From Azolla caroliniana (lineage: Eukaryota > Plantae > Polypodiophyta), in contig JBHGNT010000006.1 in assembly GCA_043228905.1 (NCBI GenBank), positions 16,368,001-16,432,000 on the forward strand: a DNA stretch of 64,000 nt. The letters are read 5' to 3'. This document shows positions 23,960 through 37,500 of the stretch, piece after piece; the stretch's first letter is position 1, and each line of letters begins with the position of its first letter. The notes beneath the pieces are model-generated. The model did not search any database, had not been told where the DNA came from, and saw nothing but the letters and a program-made list of their open reading frames with translations. A program made the translations under genes and the position numbers.

Positions 23960-25990
23960 ATGAAAGGATATTTTCATGGGGGGAAAAACACATATATAGA
24001 GAAACTTTACCAAGCCTCGAAGCACATCATATATGCTCGAGAGTGCCTAGTAACCCCTTTCCTCATTCTACTCTTTACTTTCGTGAAGGGTTTTCCACCA
24101 CAATGGACCATGAACACAATGGCCCATGTACATAATGGAGGGGATCCCATGGACCCCAATACATATAAGACTATTATGATTGATCATAGACTTGCTAAAT
24201 TGTATGGTGCATGATGGAAGCAAAGCTCATCGACTATATGGAGACATTGTATTTGTCTTTGAGCACCCCAACAGGCCGACTCTAGATGAGTCATCTCTAC
24301 TATTGACCATATATATTCACACTTAGATGCTTAATTGACTAGATCGAGCCTCATAAAAGGAAATTATATTGTTGTTTTGTGGATTTCCGCAAAGCCTTTG
24401 ACAAAATCCCTAAAGAGCGGTTGTTTGACAATCTAAAGCTTGGAGATACCAGATGATATGATTTGGGTCATCTATGCTTTATATGAACAAGTCTCCAAGT
24501 GTGTATGATGTCCAAGCAACCTATCAAATTACTTCACTAGCATCATTAGTGTAAAACAAGACTGTCCCCTATTACCGACTCTTTTTTGGATTTTATTGAT
24601 CGTAAGGGAGGCAATGGAGTAGACCTAAGGGCTATGCAAGTCAATATATTGCTTTATGCATATGATATAGTTTTACTCTGAGTTTGAACACAAACTATAA
24701 GGGCATCTTTAATGCCTCAGATTACTTTTGCACACAAAGAGGACTGATAGTGAATCTAGGGTAAACTAAAGTCCTTATCTTCCACACATGTGCTTAAGGT
24801 AGGAATAAATGTTAGCTAATGCTCTCTAATAGATAAGTTGAAGTAGTCAATCATTAGTATACCTTATAGTCATTTTTAGTGCTCGCTTAGGTAAATTTTC
24901 AATGACACATGTAGCAAAAGATTGACTAACAAGAGGACATGTGTCCCTCTCACTCTTGGAGAGTGAATGCCACCATGCACATTTCCAAGAGCCACGAACA
25001 AAGAGGTGGTTCTTCGACCCATTAGTAACCCCCTCCCTCATGTATGCACTGGTGGTTTGGGCTCCAGGGCTACCACCTTTCATGTGGTTCCAATTAGAGA
25101 GATTGTTGATCATGTTGCTATCACAACAAATCCGAAGCAAATCAACAATGTCATAAAGGATAGTTCACTTTGCCCAAATGGATGTAGCTTAGTTGGTAAG
25201 GTTGCCCAATGGAGACCAGGAGGTCATGACTTTAACCCCCACATTTCATAGTGGCATCTAGTAAATTAAGAGATATATATGAATTAATAGAGACAAGCTA
25301 ATTGGGATAAAAAAGAGAGAGAAAAGCATAGTTCACTTTACCTTTTATGCTAGTTGAAATACTTTTTCAACTGGTAGTTTTTACTAATAGGATACATAGC
25401 CAATCACATGTGCATACCTCATTAGGCTTTCAAGGCATCTCAATCCCTCTATGAGTCTGGAGATACTAGTTCTTGGTATAGTATTGTGGTAAGATGACTT
25501 TTCACAAACGGCCTAGACATTAATAACCTACCATCTCCTAGGTACGAGTACGAGACAGGAAAAACTTCAATCTCATATGGGAACCATAATAAAGTGATAC
25601 TCAACATATATGGATCAATCCACTAGAGCTACTCCCATCTAAAATATTGAATTATAAGGAGCATTTCATGCATTTCTGTGAGTTAGGATTTATTGTACGA
25701 CCAAAATATCTAGATATGTTATTGCCATATGCACTAAGGGTTGTCATTGGACAACTTAGAGTATCATCCAACAAACTTTAGATTGAGAATGGTCGCACTA
25801 ATGGATATGTAGATTATGTCATTTAGAGATAGAGGATGAGTGTCATGAACATCTGGCAATGACTACCACTTTACATGCAAATGTCCAACTTACATCAAGA
25901 TAAGGGAAAAATATAAAGAAAAACTTGGACCCTCTCCCACACTCTCCCAATTATGAAATACCTCGGACATAAAGACACTAGGTAGGTATA
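23960..25990 (+). mobile_element. Highly degenerate non-LTR retrotransposon (LINE) RT
   Basis: Fragments NTYKTIMI, STIDHIFTL, FVDFRKAFDKIP, SVKQDCPL and ILLYAYDIV match LINE RT motifs. Many stops and frameshifts. Confidence 0.7.
25172..25322 (+). mobile_element. Full-length ~150-bp tRNA-derived SINE inserted in the LINE
   Basis: A-box TAGCTTAGTTGG, decayed B-box, A/GA-rich tail, 17-bp TSD AAAG(G/C)ATAGTTCACTTT (25155-25171 and 25323-25339). Confidence 0.8.
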
Positions 25991-26229
25991 TTGTGGAGTT
26001 AAAACGGTATAGAGAGACTAAGCTACAAAATGTTAACTATAAACTTTCTAGTATTCACCAACAGGTAACCATTGAATTTTTTAAGGACAGGGGGATGATG
26101 AATGTGGACACATTTGCACCAATCAGCCTCTCCCACACTAAACCAGAAAATCAAAGAGCAACCAAACAACCTTAGGTACCAAACTTTGATGTTACTCCTT
26201 GTCATGTAGAAGCAATTAAGAAGATAAGT

Positions 26230-27022
26230 TGTTGAGAATCAAACTCAACTTCCCGTGAGTGGAACACACTCTATTACCTCGTACGAGATGTACGGAGGAT
26301 CAAGTGTGATGAGCGAGGGTCAAATGTTATCATAATGTTGTGTATGTGTAGGGGGCATAAATGTAATTGTGAGTCGATACATATGTGAACACATGCACAC
26401 GTGTGTGCATGTGGATGGATACGAGGAGGTATGAGTGAGTGTCCAGTATGAATGCTCTAGGGGGCTTACACCCCTTTGTATCTACCCCCTCTTGTACTAT
26501 TTAACCCCCTTATGGGGAATGAATGAAAAAGGAATCATTTCTCTCTATCTATCTCTCTTTTCATCTCTCTCTCTCTCTCTTCCCTCCCCTTAACGTTGAA
26601 CCCCCTTGGGAGGGGGGTGGAGCCATTCTAGGCACCACCCCCCACCCCGCAATGCTTCTCAATGCACATGATCTCTCTCGCCATCAATCCCATACTCTCC
26701 ATCATCATCATAACCACCATGTCTATCTTTATCATGATTATCATCGTCCTTAACCCTAGCCCTAAAACATACAACACACTCTAGGATACTCAAGTGTGTG
26801 AACACCCCACCTCCTTGTATAGTAACTAGTGTGTCATAGAAGTTAATGTCCTATGACACATATTCCTTAGGTAGTTAAGACACGACCTCTTTCCCAAGAG
26901 GTTGTACTGGTGAGAGAACTTAGAGAGAAGGTGACTACATAAGCACCTTCTCCCTCTCATTGTATATGTTGGTTGTTCTTGCTTTCTCTGTAATATAGTT
27001 TTCTGATTTTTTGTAATCGTGA

Positions 27023-27060
<38 letters not shown>

Positions 27061-27917
27061 CACAATTCTTGTGCTGCATAGAATCCATCAGATTCTTCAC
27101 ATGGTATCAGAGTGCGTGGTTGCTTGATCAAAGCCCATCGCCTTTGCGTGTGATGTGCCCGATTCTGCGTTCGACATGAACCGACTAATCGTTGTAGCAG
27201 CCATCTACACAACTCACATCAAGAAGAAGAAGAAGCTCAACATGAACACACAGATGGGAAGCGCTCTTCCTACCGAAAAGCTCAACAGAAACAACTTTGC
27301 GTCGTGGGAGTACAATTTGCACCAATACCTTGTCGGCCAAGGCTATTGGAGTTATGTCGAAGGGGCAAACGAGAATTGACCCAACCCAACACATGCTGAC
27401 TACCCAACTTGGGAGCAAGCGGCGAGTCATGTGTTGTACTGCCTTGCATCATGCGTCCATGATCACATGCTCGGCTACATCCAAGAGGTCAAAACACTGA
27501 AGGAGTTGTGGGGAAACCTCAAGAAGATTTTTGCAGCCAACATGACCGCAAGAAAGCTTCAACTCCGTCAAGAGTTGAACGACATACAACAGACAGACAT
27601 GTCAATCGGCAACTGCACCTTGAAGATCAAGGAGTTGTGTGATGCCCTCGGGTCGATCAATGTTAGCACTGACGAGGATGAAATGGTGCAAATTTGCCTC
27701 AGAGGATTAACACCTCAGTTCGGGTCCATTCGGTCGGCTGTGCTCGCAAGGGAGAATCCTCCCTCCTTCTTCGATCTCCAGTCGATGTTGTTGGTCGAGG
27801 AGAATCATGTTTGAACAAGATGCAATGCGCAAGAAGGATAGATGCTCTATTCGAACTTCAATGGAGGAAGAGGACAAGGTTGGGGAAGAAGAGGCTGATT
27901 TGGCCAAGGACGACTAT
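26230..27917 (+). mobile_element. Ty1/copia 5' LTR (26230-27101), PBS (tRNA-iMet) and gag, interrupted by a gypsy LTR
   Basis: TGTTGAGA...TTCACA, then TGGTATCAGAG. Gag EKLNRNNFASW...ARKLQLRQEL is close to the copy at 61293. Confidence 0.9.
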
Positions 27918-30900
27918 TGTCCGCCGGAATAGTAATCGACGGACAAGAGCGTAGGAATAAGAAATACTATAAGATCATAACGCATGTAACGGTTCACGTA
28001 GGAAGCGTGAACGGCTAGATAGACCCTGCATATATAAAGGGCAGAAAACCTCTGATAGAGGGCGCGTGTAATTTTGGGAATGTAAAGAAACGTATCATAA
28101 TAGAATTCTATCTTCTCTGAAAGTCTGTGCATAGCTACGGCTAATTTGCTGTGTGTCTGGAATGCTTGAGCGTGTAAGAACGTAAGTGTAACCATTGCCA
28201 AGGAGTCGGTTGTAGCTGTCTCCCTCATACGCTGATAGGTTACAGGGAGCATTCCCCTACGCATTATGCATAGACGCCTATTCATTGTTCCACAACCACT
28301 TGGAGGTCTAGGTCGAAGGATTGACCGCGAACCGTGTTCCTAATCGGTAACACTTTTGGCACGCTTGGTGATCTTTGTCTTCTCACAGACGAGCAATGAC
28401 GAATGGACGTTTAGCCGCAGACACCCCAGAGAACCAACACGACAAGACCGGCCAATCACAAGGTCCGTCACACGCCAGGCAGAAGAACGTGCACGGCAAA
28501 AGCCTCGCCTCAGCAACCTCAGTACTACCTGCCGTGATTACAAAGGTGATTCTTCGCTTTCCAAATACCTCGACGAGACACGGGGACTACGCTCACCATA
28601 GCCACCCTGTGGTCTTTCCCAACTCGGCGTAGCCCCCAACATGGCCTTTGCCTACCCCCGCTTTAACGGTGAAACCAACGCCGCAACTCATATTCGCATG
28701 TTCCTTAATGTCTGGAATGCGAATCACATGGCACAGAGCCTTTCGGAGGTGGTAGCGCACGATTCGAAAATGACGGAGTTCGGGTTAACATTGGATGGGC
28801 GAGCGGCGTTTTGGCATTCACAGATGGATTTACCAGCAATAACAACCTTCGATCAGCTACAGTCCGCTTTCTTGCGGTTCTTCCATTGGAGGGTTCCACA
28901 ACGTGAAATCCTCGGACAGTTCTACACAATTAAGCAACTGCCGACCGAGGCGATAGCAGACTTCAGCTTATGTTTCCAAAATTTACGGCAGAAACTAGAA
29001 CGGAGCCCCACGGAGGACGAGGCTCGAGAAACATTTCTGGCAGCATTACGCCGACCCATTCGGGCAATGCTCAACAACAATAGCGTGAAAGGGGAAACGA
29101 CGTATATGGTCATTGAACGAGCGTTACAGCTCGAGTTGGACGAGGAGGAGGAAAGGTTTTCTATGTCCTCCTTATGACAAGCGTTACCCCAGGACGAGGA
29201 ACGCCAGTTTCGTCAAGCAATCCAGTGCACGATCTGCTTGAACTCGGGGCATTCCGTAGTGGAGGGCAATATGCGAATCCACTGCCCAATCTGCCACTCG
29301 AAGGCTCACACAATCGAACAATGCGAATACAATATGTTGAATAGAGCCACTCCTGCAGTCCGCAACATGGACACCCAGCGTCCACCACGCCGGACTGAAC
29401 AAAGGAGGCAAGAAGACCAACCACGGTATATGGATTGCAACCCACGCGAGGACTGGCACCACCGGAATCGCCGAAATCACAACGATTCCGAGGAGGACGA
29501 ACCAGAGGACGAGGATTATCGTGGACATCTGAGTTATGCTAAAGGGGCCCGACGCTACGAGAATCACTGGCCGACAAACAAACGGGGCAACTTCAATGGT
29601 TATCATGGTAAGCCGCGGCAATATCGAGATCACCGGCGTTACGACGAAAGCTCAGGAGATGAGCGACACCAGGAACAATGACGGGACCAACAACAACCAC
29701 CGCGTGCGTTCCGACAAACGAGGCCGGACCGCAAGGAGCAAGTAGCACCAGGGGAGCGACACACACCATCAGGAGCTGAGAAGGGTGAATCAAGCATCCA
29801 TTGTTTTATTTGTCAGCAGCCCGGACATTATGCCATGCAATGCCCAACACGCAAGGGAAAGGGACCCGCTGTCAATATGATTACGGCAGAAGTGCAACAA
29901 GTCATGACACGCCAACAAACAAAAACGACTGATTGGGCTGCGCAAGACGAGATATGCTGACAAGCCCAGGCATGGGTGGAAAAAGCAAACGCGACCAATA
30001 CAGAGCGCATGCGGAAGGAGTCCGCGAACGCGAGGGAGCGAGCAGAGGACGAAGGACCGGTCCTAGACCCCATTTGGCAGGCATTAGCGGGCTGCGAGAT
30101 AACGTTAACCATGGAGAAACTGCTGCAGCTAGTCCCACGCTTCCGCCAGACCATGGAAGAACGGGTGACAGGCATACCCGGGGTGAGTATCGCTACAAAC
30201 CTTACAGACGTTAGCGACGGACCGCCGGTAGTGGACCAACACAACGTAGCTATTACATTAATATTACACGGAGAGGAAATTCCTGGATGCGTAATCGACG
30301 GCGGCTCAAGCGTCAATGTAATTAGCGTGAAAACTTGCGAGCAGTTAGGCATTTCAGAATGGGAGGCTTGCCCATTCTGGCTCCGAATGGCAGATACCCG
30401 CTCAGTACGACCATTGGGGTTAATTCGCAAAATAGGCATTATCGTGGGCGGACACCGCTTCGACATCTCGGCGGTCGTCCTCGACTTGGACGCCCCAGGG
30501 GCGTACCCAGTGCTTCTGGGCAGACCATGGCTTCAGGCAACAAATATCAAGTAGAGCTGGCAACACAAGTGTATCAATTTCCGACACGGACGCACCAAGG
30601 TTCGCGTACCTACGAAAGGAAGCACGCCACAACCCAAGGGTATAACACCATTATACGTAGAAGATATAAATATGCTGACTGGGGTGGAGGATGCAAAATT
30701 AGAGGCATACCTAGATGAGCACCCATGGATCATTCCGTTGTTCGAAATCGACGTCATCGCAACCGCGGCAGGATATGCCACGACCACTATTCTCCACGAT
30801 GAGGCTTACGAACCAAACCCAGAGTCCATATTGGAACTCAGCAGAGCACAGGCGGCATTCGAAAGGGAAATGGAGATTTCACGACGAGTCACCGCTTCCG

Positions 30901-33900
30901 CCCTGGAAGAAGTAAATGTGGGTACGGAATCGGAGCCCCGCTTCCTCTCCATCGCAAAGGAATTAAGGCCGGACCATAGAAACACGATGATCGCACTACT
31001 CATGAAATATAAAGATGTGTTCGCTTGGGCTCACGAGGACATGAAGGGGTTAGATCCCAAGTTCTATAAGCATAAGATCAATTTAGCAACCGACGCGAAA
31101 CCCTACCGCATGAACCCAAACTACGCGACCCGCGTGAAAGAAGAAATTGACAAGCTCCTGAAGGCGGGGTTCATACGGCCAGTTAAACAAGCGACATGGT
31201 TAAGCCCGATAGTGGTCGTTCCAAAGAAAAACGGAAAAATACGGGTATGCGTAGATTACTGAAAATTAAACGCCGTAACCATTACAGACGCATTTTCCGT
31301 ACCCTTCACCGATAGCGTACTGGACGCCGTCATAGGACATGAGATATACAGTTTTTTAGATGGCTTCAATGGCTATAACCAGGTACGCATGCATCCCGAG
31401 GACCAAGAAAAGATAGCATTTGTCATGGACTCGGGAGTCTATGTGGCAGTCGTCATGATGTTCGGGCTAAAGACGGCGCCGGCAACATTTCAATGAACAA
31501 TTACGGAGATCTTTGGGGAATACATTCTGGCGTTCATGCAAGTTTTTTTAGACGACTTTGTGGTATATGGGAGAACAATAGACCATTTTACGCACTTACA
31601 ACTGTGCCTGGAAAGTTGCCGCACCGCACGCTTAAGCCTGAATCCCGCGAAATGTGCTTTTGGCGTGACCAGCGGGACTCTCCTGGGCCATATAGTCAGC
31701 AAGGAGGGAATAACGGTTGATTCGAACAAGATATCCGTGATTACGCAAGCCAAAACTCTGACAAACGCCAAATCGCTCAGCAGGTTTTTAGGACAAATAC
31801 GTTGGCATAGTCGGATGATACGGTATTTGGCGGACTTCGCCACGCCGTTACATGTTGCCGTACATTGGACTCCTTTCCAATGAACTGCAACGGAGGATAA
31901 GGCCTATGAGGCACTTAAGATAATGCTCACATAGGCCCCCGTCGTACAACCACCAGTTTGGGCGAAGCCATTTCACGTGTTCGTCGACACCTCAGACATA
32001 GCAATAGGAAGTGCACTAATGCAGCTCACTGAACCAAACTGGTACCGGCCAATGTACTACGCTAGTCACAAATTATCAACAACAGAGCGTAACTATTCCA
32101 CAACGGAGCAGGAGGCGCTAGGGATGATCTATAGCATCAATAATTTCCGGCATTATTTACTAGGAAGGAAATTCACGTTCCACGTGGATCATTCGGCGCT
32201 GCTGTATTTGGTGGAGAAACAAGCCCTAATGGGGAAATTGGCACGATGGATGCTGCTGCTCCAAGAATTCGATTTCGTAATCCAGCACCGACCAAGGACG
32301 CAATACGCAATGGCAGATTTTTTGAGCAGACTTGAGAATGGCGAAACAGTACAGAAAGATGACGACGATTTTCCGGACGCTGACATCTTGCGAGTAGCAG
32401 CACTAGCAAAAAGAACGGAATCGACCTTTCCGAACCAGTGGCTTATGGAAATGACGTACTTTTTGACTACGGGACTTCCTCCACCACAATTACGCATGGA
32501 CGAGAAGAAATGACTAGCCGTCTGAAGCCGTCACTTCTGCCTCGTCGAAGGCGTTTTATATCACAAAGGAAGTGACGGCATTTGGCGACGTGAGGTACGT
32601 CAGGATGAGAAGGAAGCAGTTTTACGGGAGGCGCACTGCGGCACGGCAGGCGGCCATTACGCGGGTGACGTTACAACCCGGAAAGTATGCCAGGCAGGCT
32701 TCTGGTGGCCAACAATGCAGAAGGACACATCCGAGTATTGTAGAAAGTGTGATTTGTGTCAACGGATGGGCTAGCCCGCGGAGGGCGCAAGGATGCCACA
32801 CCAGCTCGTATTACCGCTCGACCCCTTCAAAAAGTGGGGATTGGATTTTGTGGGCCCCTTCACACCGGCGGCGGCCCGTACAGGCAATAAATACATATTG
32901 GTAGCCACGGATTATTGCACCAAGTGGGTAGAAGCAAAGGCACTACGTGAAAATACGACGACCGTCACAACCAGATTCCTTTACGAGCACATCTGGTGTC
33001 GGTTCGGTTGTCCGATTGAGCTCATCAGTGACCAGGGGAGTCACTTTCTCAATACGGTGGTTCGGGAACTAACACATCATTACGCAGTAGTCCATAAGAA
33101 GAGTACGCCATATTATCCACAGGAGAATGGGTTAGCAGAATCCACCAACAAGACGTTGCAGACCATTTTGAAGAAAATCGTCAATGAAAATAGAACGGAC
33201 TGGGATACCAAATTACAGAGTGCGTTATGGGCGTACAGAACCAGCTACAAAACAAGCATACAGTCAACACCGTTGTCGCGAAAATACGACGAGGATACGT
33301 GAACGTTGAGGCAAGACCCCGGGGCCTTTGTCTAGAGGATATTAAATTCGTGTATTTATATACTAAGAATTAACCGAAATGAGAAAGATTAACAAATTTC
33401 ATTAATAAAAGGGAAAGAAAGATTACAATCAATCCCAAGATTGGGATTACAAAAGTTTTATCTTATGGAGATGATTAGAATAATAGATTAGAGGAAATAA
33501 GAGATTATGATTCTTGAGTGATATGGCTTTGACAAGGAATTTTGGATTTTGAGAGATTGCTTCCGTATAGAAATTATGGTTTACTTGAGAGATAGCTTCC
33601 GTAGGGAAGATTAGGGTTATTGGCTTCGATAAGATAAGAGAGCTCCCCAACAAAAGAAAAAAAATTTAGATAATATGGAGAGTGAGTCCTAGTGTAGGAA
33701 AAAAAATAGAATAAATATGGAGTTCTCCCTTGATCATAGCCTTTCCACTTTTTCTTGCATGGCCTCTACTTTTAGTTGCCTAGCTTTTTCTTTTGGTTGC
33801 ATGTGACTGTCCACATGACCTTTACTTTTTCCATGCACTCCTTCTTTAGTTGCTTGCGTCCACATGGCCTTTACTTTAGTTCTCTTCACTTTACTTTAGT

Positions 33901-34589
33901 TTGTTGCATGATCCAATCTTTCGTCCGTCCGCGTCCAACCTCGTCCGGTAGCCGGTTCCATTTTGCTTGCCGGTCAGTTCCGGTTCCGGTTTTGCTTGCC
34001 GGTTCCGGTTCCGGTTTTTCTTGCCGGTTCCGATTCCGGTTTGCTTGTCCGTTCTGAATCCGATTTTGCTTGCCGACCGGTTCCGATTTTGCTTGCCGGC
34101 CGGTTCTAGTTTTGCTTACCGGCCAGTTTTCGGATTGCATACCGGCCGGTTTTCGGATTTGCTTACCGAACCCATTTTCCGAATTTGCTTACCGGCCGGT
34201 TTCCGATTTTAGGGAATTTGGCCACCATCATCCATCAAGACAAAGTGGCCAAAGTGCTCTTAGCACAAATGAAAAATGAGGGAGCTCAAGGTGTTTATAT
34301 AGCCAGGGCCTTAACTTTCCTATCTATGTGGGATAGTTCTAATTGCCCTATCTAATCAAACTTTATTTTCTTATAACTTGATATGTATTTCTCCATTTTG
34401 TTTATAGTAAAATACATTTTGAAGCTCTTGAGTATATCCATCTTTCTATAGTAAGTTACTAATCTAATCTATAATAATTATTTTATTATTATTTTACATA
34501 GTGTGTGAAGATTCACACGACATTCACCCCCACCAAACCTGCACATCCACCGGTATGTGCCAATTTTGGTGAGGATTCATTTTTGTTTA

Positions 34590-37500
34590 CTATACTTTTT
34601 CATCGATGCTTAAGACTGAATCGTCAAAAGCTTCGAATCCAATTTCTATTCTATCTCTTCTCTTGAAGATCTTGATTCTTTTACCGGCAATTGGCAAGGC
34701 AAGTGGTGTACCATCCAGTTCTACTAAATGATATGTTGCATTATCTTTCACTTTCTTCACCACATATGGCCCAAACCATCGTTGTGAGAATTTTCGAGCC
34801 GTACTATGTTGGTTATCTAGGCTACTGTCATAGACTAGCACCCAATCTCCTTCAACGATTTTCCTCGGCCGAAGTCGATGTCGTTTATTGAAGTCTTTCT
34901 TGTTCTTTAGCCTTGCATTCTTTAGCCACGCTTTAGCCACCTCTACATCTTCCAAATTCCACTCTAATTGTCGAATCCTCAATGCTAGAAGATCTTCTCT
35001 ACTTATCTCATCTTGCCATGGCAATGCAAACCATGAAATAATACTTTGTTCTACCGGCATTATTGGCTTTTGTCCGAATATGAGCTCTGCCGGCATGTAT
35101 CCCGTCACCGTGCTATGAGTAGTCCTGTCAGCCCATAATGCAAATGGCAATAGACGTGGCCATTCTCCTATTTTCCCATGGCAAGCTTTCACTAGAGCCT
35201 TCACAATCGGTCCATGTCCACGTTCCACCTTCCCATTTGCTTCCGGATTATACGCCATGGTAAGAGATAATTTGATTCCCATCCTCGAGAAGAATTCTCT
35301 AGCTTCATTGGCGTCCAACTCGCCTCTATCAGCCACTATCTTGCCGACGCATCCATATCTGCAAATAACATCTTCAAGAAGGAATCGGCATACTGATGAT
35401 GTCTCCTTAGTTCTTAATGCTCGCCCTTCAACTTGATTGGTAAGATCCTCTCTCGCGAGCACAAGATACTTCATCTGCCATCGTCCCATTGGCATCATCA
35501 CTATGTCCACCATCCACTTGTAATGCATAGCCAACGGGTAAGTCGGATGAAGTCCATCTCGATGGCAAATATTCGAAAACATTTGACATTCCTTACATGT
35601 TTCCACATAAGCTGCTACATCTTTGTAGATGCCCGGCCACCAATATTTCTCCTTAAGCTTCGCAAACATAGCCCATATTCCTCGATGGCCTGCAAAAACA
35701 CTATCATGAAATTCAGACATTAGTTTTTGTTGGTCTTCTAGCTTGCAGACAACTCTCATCGGAGTCCCATTCTTCTTTTTTGCATGCTTCCAAAGAGCTC
35801 CATTCTTAAGGAAATACTTGTATGCTTTCTTCCGAATTCGATGGATGTCTTCCGTCGACCATGATTCATCTTTTTGGAGAGAACTCAAGTATTTCCCGAC
35901 CTCCACGAATTCGTCTTCGTAGTCGTCTTCTATGAAAGTAATCAACACCCGAGCATAGGAACTTGCAAAGAAATCCAGGCCAACATCATCTTCATCAGAA
36001 TGTCGATCTTCTTCTCCGTCGTATCTCGCTCGTGATAGCATGTCTGCAACGACATTACGCTTCCCAGCTACATGACGGATCTCGGGGTTGAGTGATTTGA
36101 TATATGCAATCCAACACAACATGGCAATATCCGGTGTATTACAACCAGATATCATACCCAAAATTGGTAGGCAATCTGTCTCAATTATGACTTCTGCTCC
36201 AATAAGGTAATCACGATCAGATTTGATTGCCGAGACGATCCCCCATAGCTCCCTCTTCACTTGGGCATACCTTCTTTGCCTGTCACTTAACACTTTCGCG
36301 CCAAACCGAATTGCATATCGGTTGCAATCTTCATCTTCTTGGTTGATAACCCATCCAATTCCGATTGGACTAGTATCCACAGTCACGAAAATGGGCTTGC
36401 CGTATGAATAGTCCGCTTTCCGTAATGCAGGTGCCTCCATCAATAATTTCTTTAGCCTTCGGATGGCGATTGTATGATCGCTCGTCCATTCAAACATCCG
36501 CTTCTTCTTTAGTAGACCATATAATGGCTCAGCAATGTGGGCGTAGTGTGGAATCCAAATATGATAAAACGCGCATGCTCCAAGGAACCTTCGAACCTCC
36601 GTTTGGGTTACATATTCTTCTTTCATGCCTTGAATTGCATTCACCTTGGATGGCGAAGGCTTCCGACCGTATGCTCCACACAAGTGACCTACCACCAGGA
36701 TCTCCGGTTGCCTGAATGCGGATTTTTCTCCCGAAAATGTCAAATTCGCATCTTCGAGCCTTTGGAGCACCTTCTCGCAATTTTTCATATGATCCATGAC
36801 AAACTTTCTACATCCATCCTTATCTTTTGATTCATCCTTCTCTTCATCTGAACATCCTTTTATCGGAATATCATCTAAGAATGGCATCGTGATATCCGGG
36901 ATGCAATCCTTCAAGACCTTGTTCATGGCATTCACCATATGAGCCACCGAGTTCGTTGTGCCTTGAGGTAAGGTACACATCCGCACCAACCCGATTGGAG
37001 TTTTCATGGTTGTAATGTCACGACTGTCGACCGCCAACTGGAATTGATCATAGCCAGAGTAAAGATCACCGATGGAGTAGATGGACCGGCCCGCAAATGC
37101 CTCGGCAAATTCATCCACACTTGGACCGATTCCAGCATTCCGAATTGTCACCTTGTTGACGGGTTGAAGATCTTGAATGAATCGCAACGATCCATTCTTC
37201 TTTGGCACCATGAACCACCTATTAGAATAAGGAGTGTTCCACGGTTCTAGAATTCCCATCCTCACCTTCTCCTTTAAGAGCTCGATCAGCTTCGGTAGGT
37301 GTGCTCTTGGAACCAGTATCGGTTTCAAATTCCAAGGCACATGCGGCATCGTGAAGATCACCATCGGTTCTACCGTCCTTGGATTAGCACACCCTATTTC
37401 TTGTGGGAAAAACGCGAAAGCCTTCCCATGTCTTTCAAGCATTCCACGAAACATCCGCTCTTCTTCAGGGAGGAGGAAATCCTCCCTTCCAACTCGTAGT

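Noticed and set aside
33776-34279. Cys/Arg/Phe-rich ORFs, also at 40772-41572
   Set aside because: Produced by the CCGG repeat array inside the LTRs.
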